Shown here piece by piece: positions 12,601-27,600 of a DNA stretch of 64,000 nucleotides; within the stretch, counting starts at the first letter, position 1, and each line of letters opens with the position of its first letter. The notes below the pieces were generated by a model. It ran no database searches. It saw nothing but the letters and a program-made list of their open reading frames with translations, and was not told where the DNA came from. Source of the stretch: Bugula neritina (taxonomy: Eukaryota > Animalia > Bryozoa); assembly GCA_964035545.1 (NCBI GenBank), contig OZ037765.1, positions 25,915,504 through 25,979,503 on the forward strand. Reading direction: 5' to 3'. Both the position numbers and the translations under genes were made by a program.

Positions 12601-15600
12601 GCTTGCTCTATATCTGAATATTATAATAGACTGTTGTTCTTTTTGTGATGTAGTAATATATTGTATTCTTTTCATTGTAGAACTTTATATGTAGTATATA
12701 TATACTTAAGTTTGTATATATAGCTAAAATATGAAGTTTTTATAGTTGCATTTATAGTTATGTAGTATGCATATATTAAAATTACATTCCTGACTGGGGA
12801 TTTTCATCTTAGAAATGTTTTTAAAAATCTGGTGACAAATGTTTCTGCTACCAACATGGCTTAAGGCCTGTGATGCAGTTCGGAGTTAATTCATGACATC
12901 ATTAATGAGATATGGTGACATAGAGCACCGTGAGCATATGCCAGGCAAGCATCCTTGGATTGTTTTCAATGCTACTGCAATGCAAGTCTAATGATTGCAA
13001 ATACATATAATGGGCATAAATTTTGATAATTACAATTTTTTATTTTTCTTCTATTCAAAATTTTTTGCATATTTGCAAGGGCTTTAATTTTGAATGATGC
13101 CGGTAAGTTCAACCAGAGCAATAATAACTTTCAAGGACAGAAACATGTGGAGCTGCTATTTCTAGGTAAATTATATTATATTGCATTTGTGTAGTTCATT
13201 ATATTCAACCTGATAAATATCAGCTAATAAATTTAAATAATATAAATGTCGTACGAAATATCAGCTAATTATTGCCTGTCACTTGTCACAATTAGAATTT
13301 ATTGTTTTAATATAATATTGCTTTGTGTTACACTGCTGCACTGCATGGCTAATACTTTATACGTAACAACTGCTGCTTTATGGATAATGATGCCTTTATT
13401 TGAAGTTCGTGTTCATTTCCTTTGGACAGTTCAGGTTTGATTTGCATCAATAATGCATACTATTATAATGGATAGATGAAAACCGCTGTGCTCATTCGAG
13501 CTGTGGCAGCCTAAAGCCTCAACATTTATTATTTTTTATCTCATGCAGTTCTATCTATGATCTTCATATCAAAATGCAACTTTTTGCAGTAAGTGTATTT
13601 TAAGTTTCTGGTGAAAAGCTTTATTTTACAGCTTCTGCCTGTTTTGTATCTTAATTTGTATTTGCTTATTTTGTTATATTTTTATAGTGTGTTTACAGTT
13701 TGTGTTGCCTTTGTAATATAGAAAATTGCCTACAAATGTGCAATAATTTATGGAAATTTTTAGATTGGATTGTTAACTCTCCTGTACTATTCGACTATAC
13801 CAACAAGTGCTGCAGGTAAGACTTGATGACAATCTTGTTAATTTTTAACTTGTAAAATTTTTTCACAATTTTTGCTTAGATAGTCAGCTTGCATTTCAGA
13901 AATAATTGCCAAAATCTGAATTGAAGATATCTAGTAATAGCACAGCACATGCTTTAGTATATGTATAGTAATATTTATTGCTGTGATGGTCTCTTGTATG
14001 TGTAATTGTGCTTTTTACAGAAGTTTTATATGAAAATTCATGTAACAGAACCTACGGGATTCCTGGATATTTTACGCAGGGCGATGGCAGTGATTCAGAA
14101 TGTGTAGAATCTTGCTCAATGCAGGGTAAAAGGTAACTACTTTGTTGTTTTTAATACTATGTAAGCTGCTGTCATAATGTTGCTGTATTGCTCTACCTCA
14201 AAGCTAAGATTAAATACAAATAGAATATTTTATTATTATTTATGTGTTTTTTTTTAATTAAACTTGTACAAATTTCACATAAAAGTTTTAATAATAATAA
14301 TTTTTAAAATAGATTGATTTGTATAATTTTTAGACGTTTCAGACAGTACTCTATCTAGTCAGCAAGGCTAAAATGTTATTCTTCATATTTTTAGCCTGTC
14401 ACTTCTCTACCAAGGCTTGTTTTGTTTCTGTGGAGACTCTGTGTGTGAGGAATGTGGCGAAGGTGACTCCATCCCAACTTTGACAACCGGCCCTATTTGG
14501 CCGTGCACCAATGAGACTGCCAATAGCTATTTCCTCACAAACCAGACATATCTCGCTCCCAACTTCATGTTTGGTATGTATTCAGCAAGTTTTGGCAAAA
14601 GTCTTGCACTGTTTTTGCTTTGGTAATGTATTGTTCAATTTAATGAATTTGTTACTGCTAGTTTTTTGAATGTCTGTTAAATTATGTCAAATTTTAAAAT
14701 AACTTTATTTTGGTGTTTTGGTAATCACATATCTTGTTTTATTTGTGAATAAATTGAGTATTTATTGTAAATGATAAAGTTCATTGCTTTAACCTGTTTG
14801 ATGTTTGCCTGGTTAATTTGCTAATGACTGAAAATAGTTAGTACGTATTAGAAGTTGTACTAACAATAGAATAAATGTTGTTGAAGTATCTCAAGTGTTT
14901 ACTAGTTGTAAGTTCGAAAATGGTATTTTCAACCACCACATCTACAAATAGCACACTACCAATCGCCAACAGCTATTGTCAGACCAATTTTATTTATCCA
15001 ATTATTAATAGATTAAAGTTATGGATTTATGCCAAGATATGCACTTCTTTGTAGAAATTACTCAAGAGTCAAGGTACACAGTAAGTCTGGGATTGACTGA
15101 AAACCCGGCAGAAAATACGAATGGAATAATAGTCGAAGTATATTCATCTGATGATATGTCTAATGTTTTCTATCCTCCCAAGCTGCACATGTTTTCATTT
15201 GCATCCTTTGAGTCAACATATATCTTGCGGACTATTAATGAAGTGGAAGTAGAGATGTATGCTTACAGGTATTTACTATAATCTCCAGTGCTGAAGGTAT
15301 TTCTAGCATTACATGACTTATTCAATGACTATATTAAACAACTATGTGTATATAATATTGACTTTTGTTGTTGCAACTGTTTTTATTTTTTGGTCTGAAA
15401 TTTTTTTTAAATATTTAAATGAAAACTTAAGGCATCACTATGAGAGCTATATAAAAAAATTTGAAGTTTAAAGTCACATTTAAATTGATTTATTCTGCTG
15501 ATTGTTTTTATTGCACAGATGAAAGAATTACGTATCTTGTATATATTTGGTCAAAATTTCAATGAGCACCTGAAAATGTTTTTGCTATTAAAAATGCCAT

Positions 15601-18600
15601 CTCTGATATTCGTTTAGAGAAAATTTTATGGAGTCTCCGTATGGGGAAGTTCCCCTGCAAGGTAATCCGATGGACTGCGTCTTGTCTGGCCACTGTCAAA
15701 GAGAAACTGCCGTCGTTCCTAAGGTACTTCACAACTCAATATTCCTGAGAAAGTGTATTGCATGCTATGTAATGTCAAATGTTTATTCTTTGTCGAGAAA
15801 TTTGTTTATTGAAATGTCAGCTATACTTTTTATAGGCCTTTTTTATATGTCAAAAGTATGCAAACATAAAATGCATGTGTACTTTATTTTATTGCTAATT
15901 TTCTAATGTTATGTAACTTTTTCAGAGACACTTAGGTTTGCTGGACGCAATGAAAGTGACATGCGATGAACATGCCTGGGTGAATGAAACATTCACTTGT
16001 GAGGTAACAGTTTATGGTGAAGCTTTGACTCTGGATGTAGATTTTGGTGATGGGTTGACAGAATCTCTGCATAGTCAAGTTAACATCTTAGGTATGGGTA
16101 CTTTTACTACTTCTATATGTAGAATATAGGTGACATTTTGGTGTAGTGAAATGAATAAGATTCATAAGCGCATCAATACAAAGTGGGTGTTAGTGGAATA
16201 TTGTTGTTGAGTTATTGCAGGCACTGACTAAGCCTTTTAGCAAACTGCTGTATAGATATTGATTTTTATTTCTAACAATTTGACATAAAGTATTAAAAAT
16301 TCTATAAATTTAGTTTTACTGAAAGAAAATTATTGATTTGCCAGTACCTACGTTGGTTGATATCCTGAACTTTATTTATTTCAAGTTAACAACGTGACTA
16401 AAATTATTGCAATCCCCTATAGCAACAACCCTGTTTATTGATTTTCAACTAGAAGTTCGTTATACTAGTTTTTAATAATGGATAAGTTACATTGAGTATT
16501 GATTTTGTTTCTTTGTTCTGTATAATTTAAAATTAACTGCTTAACTTCCCTTTTATACTGTCACCTTTAGCTCTACATGTTTTTATCCAATAAAAATTAT
16601 AAGCACACCACTAAGCCTTATGTAGCATAAATCTAAACTATATCATTTACTTCGTTAAAATTTTGTAATGCATATAACTTGAATTAGATGCTATTTCTGG
16701 GTACAGAACTGTACATATCTTGTATTAGACTCAGCAGAGGTGGTGATTGGTTACACTGATACAAAGAAATACTTTAGTGATGCATCAGAGATAGACATAG
16801 CCAGAACAGAAACTGAGCATAGCTACAGATTGACCCACAGACTGATAAATGACCATGCTTACATACACTCTGTAGAATACAGCTATGCTGATGTTGGCAC
16901 ATTTGAAGTTTCTGTAAGTTTTTTTAGAAATTAATAAAAAATAATACTTCTAACTAATGCACTAAGATATCATGGGGTTTTGAAATAGAAGGAATCTTTT
17001 AAATCTGCATAAACCAAGAATAAAGTTGACATTTATAAAATGTGTAAATATTCTTTGGTTGCATGTTTAATTAGATTAAGATTTCCAACACGAACATTTT
17101 ACATCTGGTAATTCCGTCGGGCTCCCTGTTAGTTTTGTTCATGCAAAATGCAGTTTAGTGGCTGTTTTTACCCAACTTGTATTTCATTCATCAAGATTAA
17201 ATTGTACATACAGCTTAATATATAAAAAGTCATTATGTTTTTATCATCCTATATAATAGTTATTGTAGCAGTTCAGGCGTTTTTTAATTACTGCTTTACT
17301 TTTATTTTAACCTATGTGTGGTACTGACTATATGCTTTCTGATTCTCTAAATTTTCACCAAGCTGTTTAAAATTTCAAATGTTCACTTATGGATAACCTC
17401 CATAACCATTGTTCTTAATAATTTAAGTTATAAAAACTATTTTATTGAAGCCTCAATAATGCAGATGCATTAAAATGTTTTTATTCGCTAAGATCTAGGT
17501 AGTGCTATTGGTCCAACTCTAATGTTAATATAACATTAAATATGTAATTATGTTTTAAATGTTAATCATTTTTGTAGATTTTCCGGCCAGTATGTCCTGA
17601 CCAGTTTTACTGCCGCAAGTCTGTCCAGTGTGCAGCAGATAAGAAAGCGTGTGACGCCATGAATTTCAACTCACAAGCTTGTCCATCAGGATCTGTAAGT
17701 CTGGTCAATTTTAATAGTGCTGGTCAAGAATAGGCACTTAAATTTGTAAGGCATGGCCACTTTTTAAAAGTGGAGACATAAAAGCTAGAATATAACATAG
17801 GTTTTTGCAACTTTCTGAATAATTGGAAACAAGTTTTGTAAAAAAAAATAGCAAGAAAACAGCAAAGAAATCCTCACCAGCTGCATTCACAGCATAACAA
17901 TTTTAAGATATTTTAAAATTTACGTGCTTCAATCTGCATATAATATAATAGCACCATGGCATAAAATGCTTCTAAGCAAAAGCTTCTTTTGGCCCCTGAT
18001 ATAAAATAATTACAGGTTGAAAAAGCTTTGGTACAATAATTAATTTGAGGTAGAGTTTCCCACCTCTGAAATTTAGTATTTGGGTTCACCTTAACTTTGA
18101 AACTATGTGTAATATGGGAACACACTACTTTTTCAAAATTGATATTTATTACCGCAAACTTTGTGCAGAGCATGGTATCATTAAGGTTTATTGATAAATA
18201 AGTTTGAAAAAAAAGTATCATGAGAGATTTTTTTGTCGCGAAAACAATATAACAAGCTCATGTAAATAAAAAGAATAGATTTATTAAGATGTATAATAAT
18301 TTTTCTCATTCAAATTAAATCCACTCAGATGTTGCATGTTATTGTCATCAGATTTGGAGCTTAAGTCAAAGAGAGTGTGTGGAAACGACTGGTGGATCAG
18401 GCAGACTTGGTAAACCTAAATTCAAATCGATGTTAACACCAACTGTTTCCTACGAAGTGGTTCATACTCTTTCAATAGACATGTCACAATCAGGATTACC
18501 TGCCAATGTGTCTATAGTCCATAAATTGGAAGATTTTATTGAGGTTAGTATTTAGCCTAGGTACCCCCATGTTACTGATGTTACGGATGAGACAACTCTG

Positions 18601-21600
18601 TTATACTACTTGATTTATTTTTACATGTAAGCTATTATATATCGAGTTTGTTGCAGGTAACGCCAGGTGATGTAATTGCAATCGAAGTTACAGCAGGTAG
18701 TCTACTTATGGCTGAAATACCTGAGAGTCAGATGATACCTTGCATCTTTCAGCAAGTGACCACTCTCGACTGCTCACACGAACCCCTAGTAGCTGCCCAC
18801 ATGTACACAGCATCTATATTCACTGTAAGATTTGCTTTCTTCCTTTATAATATACTAGCAAGTTGTTTCAGTTTTCATAGGTATTGTTTTCCACGCTGCC
18901 TGAAAAGTCTATTCCGAAGACTGTATGTAGCATATTGAGAGAAATTACAGGCAGCAGAAAACTTATGGTGGTGTCTTACAATTGAGCATAACAAGATTCT
19001 CCTAATTTTAGGTGTCCCACACCTACTTAGAAGACTGTAAAGATTTCACCTTCCAAGTCGATGTTTCGGTTGACAGTGTTCTAACAAACACTACCACACA
19101 AACCATCAGGCCTTTGAGTCGACTTAGCAACGTCACTCTTACCAGTCCTACAGCATACAGCATCACGTCGTATCCTGGGAGAGGAATTTTCCATGATGGA
19201 CCAGCTTTGAATTCTGACGAAGAAGATGGAATGATTATTGGTAAAACACCTGAAAAATTACAGCATTGTGTTCATCAAAATGCTATAAGAGTTCTGTGTA
19301 GCGTTAATAGTTGTTGTGATTTATCTTCTATAAGGTAGAACATGTCAGACAAACTTTCAAAACAGCTGTAATAAGAAATAAAAATGAAAAACCTTCTCTA
19401 TGTTTTGCTTCAATTGTTATGAAACCTAAATAATAATTTAGACTTTTGGGTTTTTCAGTGGCTACCAATGAGTCAGCTGAAGTGTTGGTCCCGTGGCACC
19501 CTGCGTATTGCGATTCCAAGTAAGTTTATTTGTTGATAGTCAAAAGTTTCAGTGCCTTCTCTGTGCAACATTGTTATAAGCCGTATGCTGTTGCTCATTG
19601 TGGTGCTTCGTAGTAGCTAGTGTATTGTATATTAAAAAGTATTTGTATTTAGTGGTCTTGCCAATTTGAAGTACTCTAAGCTCTCATGTTTGAATTTACC
19701 ACACGTACTCAATTCATAGTTTGGTCTCAGTTTCTTTTATGTAAAGGGTGTAGGCCACTTCTGTGCTGATGGAGAAATGAATCCCAAACAATGGCTGTAT
19801 GCCGAGTTAGTTACTTACACTATTATAGAATTAGTAAGTTCAATGTTGTTACTAGATACTATTGGCTATGGGGGGATGGTGCCTCTAATGACTATGAGTT
19901 GACAAATGCTAAGAATAATTCTCATAAATACACTGAGCCAGGCACATACAACATCACATTGCTGACCGAGACAGAAGGAATAAACACAACCACCATTGTG
20001 AGTTACACTAAAGGCTTATACAGTTATAAATTATTAATAATAGTGGTTTTTAAATATTTTTTTCACATGTTCTGTGCTGAAAGTTCCAGTGCTGTCTCTA
20101 CGTTATTTTTGTTTATCAAGATGACAATAAAACTTGAAGACATGATGATGGAATGCATGTGAATATATTTTGATTTATTGATACCTGCTAGTCTTGGGGC
20201 TCTTTGGTGCCACTTTATAAAAAACAGCTGAGGTGCATTGATTTGTAGACTCTAAGGCTTTTGTTATAAAAAGCATTTTATTTTATCCTATGGAAAATTA
20301 TGGAAGCATTATTTTGGGTTTGCTGAATGTGTTTATTTAAATAATGGAAAATATTATCTTCGCAGAGGGGTGTTTTGGTAGAAACTAAAATAGCCGGTCT
20401 TTCTTTGGATGGAATGGCACCAGCCAATGTATTTGGTGAATCTACGTCATTCTCAGTTTCACTCACTGAAGGTAATGACTCTCTTACTAAATTATATGAT
20501 AAAAATTATGATAATGTGAAAAAATTGAACCAAACCTTTCTTTTAAACGTGTTGGTAGTTTTTGTATTATATTAATTGATTAAATTGAAACCTCACAACT
20601 TTTACATTATACTCTGGAAATTCACTTTACAAAAGTTACTTAATTTACACTTGATTATCTGTCTTTCATACCATTAACATTTTAGTTTATTACAGGATCT
20701 CAGGTAATGATAAGCTTTGACTCGGGGAGTGAATTTACAGACACACTTGAACACACCGGCCCATCAACTCAGATTGATTATACATACCCAGATCCAGGCT
20801 ATTATTTGATTGCCGTAACGGTTTCCAATTTTGTTAGGTGAGCTATCTGTTGAGACAAGTTGTAGATGTATTATTTTCCCTTACTATCATAATTTTATGT
20901 TAATCTTAAATTTCACTATTATAAAAAGTTAATATATCCTGACAGTTTGTGTCTCAGTTATGCAATAAGTTGCGTAACACAATAATGCTTTTATTCCGCA
21001 CGCAAGAAAATACTTGTGCTGTATGAGTGAAGGCCCAACTTTGTCTTACTGGAATATGTAATATGTTTCAGCAACCAATCACTAGAGTCATGGGTGGCAG
21101 TTGAAAAGAAGATTGAAGGTCTGGCAATAAGTTCAGATCTAATACCATACAACATGGACACACCGGGAGCTGTTGTGGTGACTTTGACTGATGGAACTCG
21201 GGTTAATTTTACGTGTGACATTGAAGGATCTCCATGTGTAGATTGGGATGTAGACTGGCAGAGTAATAGTGGTAGGTACTTGTATACAAATGGATGAATA
21301 GATATTAGATTATCTTCAACATTTTTTGATGATGTCATCTACTTACTACCTTGAAGCAGAAATGTGTCATAATTATGTTACTCATTGATTTATACAGTAT
21401 GGATCAGATTGTCACACACTTGTCATTATTGCAGCAGAATATACAAAATAATATTGTCAGTTTACTTTATTACATACTATTTATAAATCAATTTGTTGAA
21501 ACAGCCTACATGTAGTCAATAAATACTTTTTCTGCATATTCTATACTGAATTTTTACAGAACACCTGTGTTTAAAAATACACATATAACTTTTGTAAAAC

Positions 21601-24600
21601 GCTGTAAGAAGTTTCAAGTATATGTGATTTGTTCACAATAGGTTTTGTTACATTTGGCCCTGGTAACACTAATGGTCCTGGAACCTATTTGCTGACCCTC
21701 ACTGCTGTAAACATGGTCACATCCCTAGTCAGCCTCTCCTTGCCTATCGATGTGTTACGTGAAATTACTAACCCAAGCACCACAGTGATAGGAAATGGAG
21801 TGGCCGGAAATTTTCTTGTGGAACCTCTGCATACAGTAGAATTTATTGTTTCTCTTGATGAGGGTTCTCGAGTGACCCTGAAAGTAACCTGTGATGGTGG
21901 CTTTGAGGTAGGCTATCTGTATGAAGTATAACGCTTTATCTGTATTATTCATACATGTGTATAAACCATGTTCTACTCATATTAAAACACTTGTTAACTA
22001 GACAAGTTATTTGACATTTTAACTCATAAATATTTGGGGCTTTTTTGTACGACATGCAAGTTGAAAAACTGGCATTAATAAATGTATATGTTCTTACAAT
22101 TTTCATGTTTTAATATATTGGTTACTTTCAAAAAGTTACTTGTTGCTATTTTATAAATTTTTAGAATGAGGCATACGTGGAAGATATAGTCGACGGAGAT
22201 ATGACTGTTAGCATAGAATTCACCACTGATGATGTGTATGTGTGTAATGTTGCCCTCACTTCCCCCATTGGTTCAAATTTCTCCGAAGCCTATACATTTA
22301 CTGTACAATATCCCATAAAGGACGTTGATTTTGGACTGGCAGATTTCGTGACAGCAAACGATCCTGTTTATGAAGAAGTTGTGACATTAGCCTTTCCAAC
22401 ATACAGCGAGGCTTTAGCATTTATCCTAGTGAGGTCTACACAAACGAATTTACCCACCAATTGTTCGTGGTCCATCGATTTTGGTAATGGCATTATTGAG
22501 ACATCGCAGGAATTTCTCACTGAAGCAGGGGAACTTTCACCAAGCTTTACTCTCATCAAAGCGTTTACACATACTTACACTGAGGGTGGAAACTACACTA
22601 TAACGCTGACTTTGTCTAATGACATAACTGGCAACTATACCATCTCCTATGATGTGGTAGTGTATGAAGAAATATCTGGTGTCACTATTGCTAACATTTT
22701 TCATATAGATGTAAGTAAATTTAAAACATAAAACTATTTTTTTACGAAATAATTTCAAAGTGTGTTTTGGCCAAAAATTTGGATTTGCTGTTCTAAATAA
22801 AATTGCTTCATTGTAATTTTATTAAGCTTCAAACTAATCATTATAATTAAATTATTGAAGTATTGAAATCATATTTTGACTTTTATTATTTTATAATATT
22901 ATAGCCACTGGAAGCAGGTGTCACACTATGCGTGTTTTTATTAAGACTAGCATTAGAGTGCGATTAATAGCTACATAGAAACAGGCTTCATTGTGCAACA
23001 CAAAGCTCTCAAAGTTGTGGAAAGATAACTCTTAATAACAGCTCTATTTCTCATATCTCAATTAGACTAAAAGTCTTCTTGTAAAGTTCGAAAACTAAAT
23101 TTTTTGTGCTATTATGTGTGAATAAATAGAAGACCAGTTTAACTTAGGTTGTCTCCTTCAAGTAATAATGCAAAATTTTCTGTTTGTCAATGCTTTTTGT
23201 TGAAAAGAAAAGATTACATGACAATAATTATTGAGTTACAAGGATAATTATTTATCTCTATTCTAATTTTAGGAGGCTGGAAATACTTGGCCTTCATATC
23301 CAAACCAGGAAAAAAACAGCTATTCATACGTGCTGCACGAATCAATCACTGATCCACACTATCAGTACGAAGAGACTTTGTTATTTGAAGGTGCCGTCTC
23401 AAGAGGCAGTCATATGACGTGGTCGTGGAACTTTGGAAGTGGCGATGTTGTTACAGGATGTGAGTAATTTACCACTGGCTTAAAACTGTTTGATTGTGCA
23501 TGCAGTTTGTAGTTTTAGCTATAGCTGTGTTGTATCTATAAGTTCTCAATGCTGTTGAAACTCGATTCAGCAGTAGTTGGCCTAGCTTCTAGTCATCAAT
23601 ATATATATGATTTGTAAATATTAGAATTGAATCTGTTGGGTTAGCTTTGACTGTGCACTTTTGTTTTTTATTTTCAGCCGACTGCAATACTACAGAGTAT
23701 AGTTATTTTGACAAAGTAGACCCAGGAACTTATCAAGTCAATTTGACAGTATCAAACGCGAATAGCTTTGTTACTGTCTACCAGGAAATTGTGCTGCAGC
23801 GAAGTGTTAAAGACGTCCGGTTAATGACTCCACCTGAGATCACATTTGCAATAAACACCTCCGTATCCTTCATGTTACATGGCTCTGATGCCACTGATGT
23901 CTGCTATTTGATTGACTTTAAGGACCCATTAGCTGGTAAGCTCTGCTACAATGGCAACTATGTTGATCTAAATCTTTTTTCCATAATTTTATGCAGTTAG
24001 AAATAGCTTCTGAAACATCTAACCTTTGAAACATAGAAGGCTGTGAGCTAGTTGTTTATTTATTTATTTAATGAACATTATTTATTTATCAGAATTGTAA
24101 CGTTTTAACTGATTTTTTGTATTTGTAAATTTAACAAGTTAGTTGTTTATATTTATTATTATTTTTCCAGAAAAGAACTTCTATGCTCAAAGCCAGGATA
24201 ATTTGTGTTCGAAGATGTTCAGCAGCTTGTATGAGATGACAACTCCTGGTACATTTGACCCGCTGATTGATGCAGACTCTACTTCAAATATATCGATGAA
24301 GTTCATGACCCTTGGACAGTACATGATAGAGTACTACATAGTCAATGTTGTTTCATATGGTGTACTCTCCCACAAGTGAGTTTTATCTGCTTTTTTAAAA
24401 AGTTTATTTTGTGCCATAAATAATATTTTAGTTGATATATTGATATAAAAAAAATTTTAATTGGGAACGTAATTTATAACTGCATTTCATGGTCTAATCT
24501 TCATCTATTGTACAGGTTAAAATAGCAACGATCAGTTCTATGTTGACTCGTGTACAATTTTATAGAGTTGGGATCACCACTGGCCCTTGTGAATTTCCCA

Positions 24601-27600
24601 TTGTTTTTATGCCGGAGCACAATTGCACTGGGTGCAATGAGTTCTATAAGTCAGCTGCCATTAATATCAATGCTGTTGTGAAGACTGCTTGCCGAGGCAG
24701 CACAACTGGCTTCTCCTGGACATGGTATCAGGTGAGCAAGTTTAGCATGTTTTATAGTAATATTATGAAAAAACATTGCGGTGTGTATTTATTATTCATG
24801 TCGGTTTATTATAGCTTGAATATTATAAATCTGTTATTCCTGGAAACAGCAGGACTTTAATAATGATACAGCAGGCTAGTTCGCCTACTACATTCTGGTG
24901 ATTGAATCAGGGTGACCATCGTGAAGTCGTCTACTATGTAGCTCAATCTTTACAAATTTATTACATATACACTATTATTTTTCCTAATATGTGCATTGTA
25001 ACTATGCATATAACAGATTGGAAAAAAGCTGTGTGCATCATTTGTCATAAAGCAGATATTTAAAAATAATTAAGACACTTTGAAGGATTCATAAGGATTC
25101 AGAAGGATTCATAAGTCAAATTATTATGGTTTTTCTGATCTTAAAAGATTGGGCTAATCAATACTACAGTTCACAGTGTTTACATAAATATGTTTGTAGT
25201 AGATGGTTGCTTACATTACTTGAAATAAAATTTAACTTGGTATTCAAGACTCCTCATACTGCAGCTACACGTCTTTAAAATAATGTATAAACTTTGCCAT
25301 TTCTATCTACTCTAAACATTAGATCTTTGATATTTACTAATTTAAAATACTCTTGCTGCTGCTACTGCTGCTGCCTCTATTACTGCTACTACTGCTGCTG
25401 CTACTGCTACTTTTCATGACGCTAGATATTTGGTAGGTGAATGATGATGGGACGGAAACACTGCGGGATTTGGACGGCATAAAACATACATTTGCACTAA
25501 CATGGCTGCACATTGAGCCTAGAGAGCTTGATTATGGAGTCCACAGATTCCAGCTAAATGTTTCAATGGAACGAGAAGTGGGAATCTTTACGGCCAACTC
25601 ACTAGACATAATTGTTAAGCAAAGCGATTTAATTGCTCAATTCACCGAGGGACCAGTTATCAGGTACAGCCTTTCTTTCCTGTTTCAATATTTCTTCTGA
25701 GTTATTTCTAAATTTGTATTATTTTATTAATAGATAGTTTTAAATATATATGCTAGCTGTGCAAATTGTCTCTGTAGAGCAACGTAAGTATATTTTTAAA
25801 AGTATTTTTCGCATTCAGAACTATGGAATATTCTGGAATATGATGAGCTTATGCAATTCTGTGTCAGTCTAACGTTTGTATAGTATATAACCTTTCTCAT
25901 ACAGTCTGAAGCATGGGAGCTTATTGACATTGGATGCATCACCTTCCTACGATCCAGATGAAGGTGCAGATTCTTCGAGTTCAACTGGACTGAGTTTTGT
26001 ATGGTTATGTCACAGAGAGTGTGAGCAACTGCCTGAATACGACTCTGATTGGCAGGAAATCTCTCCTATGCCCGAATATTGTGCTGAGTATAAAGCAGAA
26101 CAGCCAAACAACAAGGGCTGCTTCTATAATGATACACACCTTAGCTCAGGTATACGATGCACTCAACTTTACTATAATAGTTAGGTCATGATAGCATGGT
26201 TTAGGATAGTCAAAGTAACTTTCAGATTTATTTTCACACTCCAAGCACTTGTAAATAAACAGAACCTGCATGAACGTGATGAAAAGCTGGTGTAAACTTT
26301 GCAGTAAAAGTTAGTCAGTATATTTACTGTACACATGGTTGAATTATGAAGTAGTTTAAAGTTTAGCTTTAACATATTTGGTTGTGGCTTTCATTAACAG
26401 TTAAACTCTTACTTGTCCAGAGAAATTGTTTCTACTTTTTCACTTTCTAAATTAAGGAATATTTTGGCTTTTGTCATGTAATTCATTGTTGTGTATAAAA
26501 TGTTGAAATAATTTTTTAATTACTGATTGTGAAGCAGATGTTGCAAGAGAGAATTTGTTTTTAGGGCTCTTTACTGACAGCTCTAATAGCGTAATTGATG
26601 TCTCCACTGAAGATTCTTATGAGCTTGAAGTTATATACTTCACTATACATGTAAGCAAAGGCGATAGATCTGCAACAGCTGAAGTTTTGGTCAACCTGCT
26701 GCAAGGAGATCCACCTCAGTTCCAACTTGTGTAAGTAGCAATAATGGACATATTATAATATCTGTCGAATGCATCGAGTGAAATATTTATAACATTAGCC
26801 GACCTGGTCTAGCATATAACAAAATTTTTATGTAGAATTTAGAATAATTCGATCCCAGTTGAGGTAGTTGAGTTGAAGTATTAAAAAAATAACAAACGCC
26901 TTCGCTCAAAAGAAATCTTTTAAATGCCATCATAAAATATAACTATTTCAGAAGGCTTTCCTCTCCAGTCCATAAATATGAATAACAGAGGAAGACAAGC
27001 TAACTAGTTAGTGTCACGATTATTATGTCAAATGATGGTTGGCATACATCTGCCAAAAATAACAATTCATGGTATCTTCAACATTGATGTTTCAGGCTTT
27101 TAGATTTTTAAGCTGTGTTATAAAATTGAAGACAACCACTAAATGACTGATTTAGAATCAAATATGAATATTTTAAACTTATTTTTGTCATCTTTAATTT
27201 TTTCAATTTTTTGTAACTTAAATATAATGTTTTCAATATATTTTATATTGTGTGTAACTGCATGATGAATTGCCTAATTTTTAAATTTGATTAAATTTAG
27301 ATCCTGTTGAAAATAATTTTCGTAGCTGATTCATAGAATATAACATAGGCTTATGTCACATTTTTCAATTGTTGTTGAATCAAAGTATTTGTGTATTGTC
27401 ATTCTATAGGTGTCGAATTAACTGTAAAGGCAAGACAAACACGGATTTGAAATTTTCCTTCACTTCTGTTCTCAGGAATGGTTTGCCATCTGAACATGAT
27501 TACCAGTAAGCGTATATTGTTCGATTTCTTTGTCTAATAAAGATTGCTATGTTCTGCTTTCTATTACATTTTTTATGTTTTACAGATAATAACTTGTTGC

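Noticed and set aside
17913-18221. 102-aa minus-strand ORF as a nested gene
   Set aside because: No recognisable motif or splice structure, and it lies in AT-rich intron sequence.
26795-26875. Additional tRNA/SINE-like fragments (also near 9915-9970 and 42715-42790, minus strand)
   Set aside because: Only degenerate A/B-box-like words are present, and boundaries and family cannot be supported by eye.
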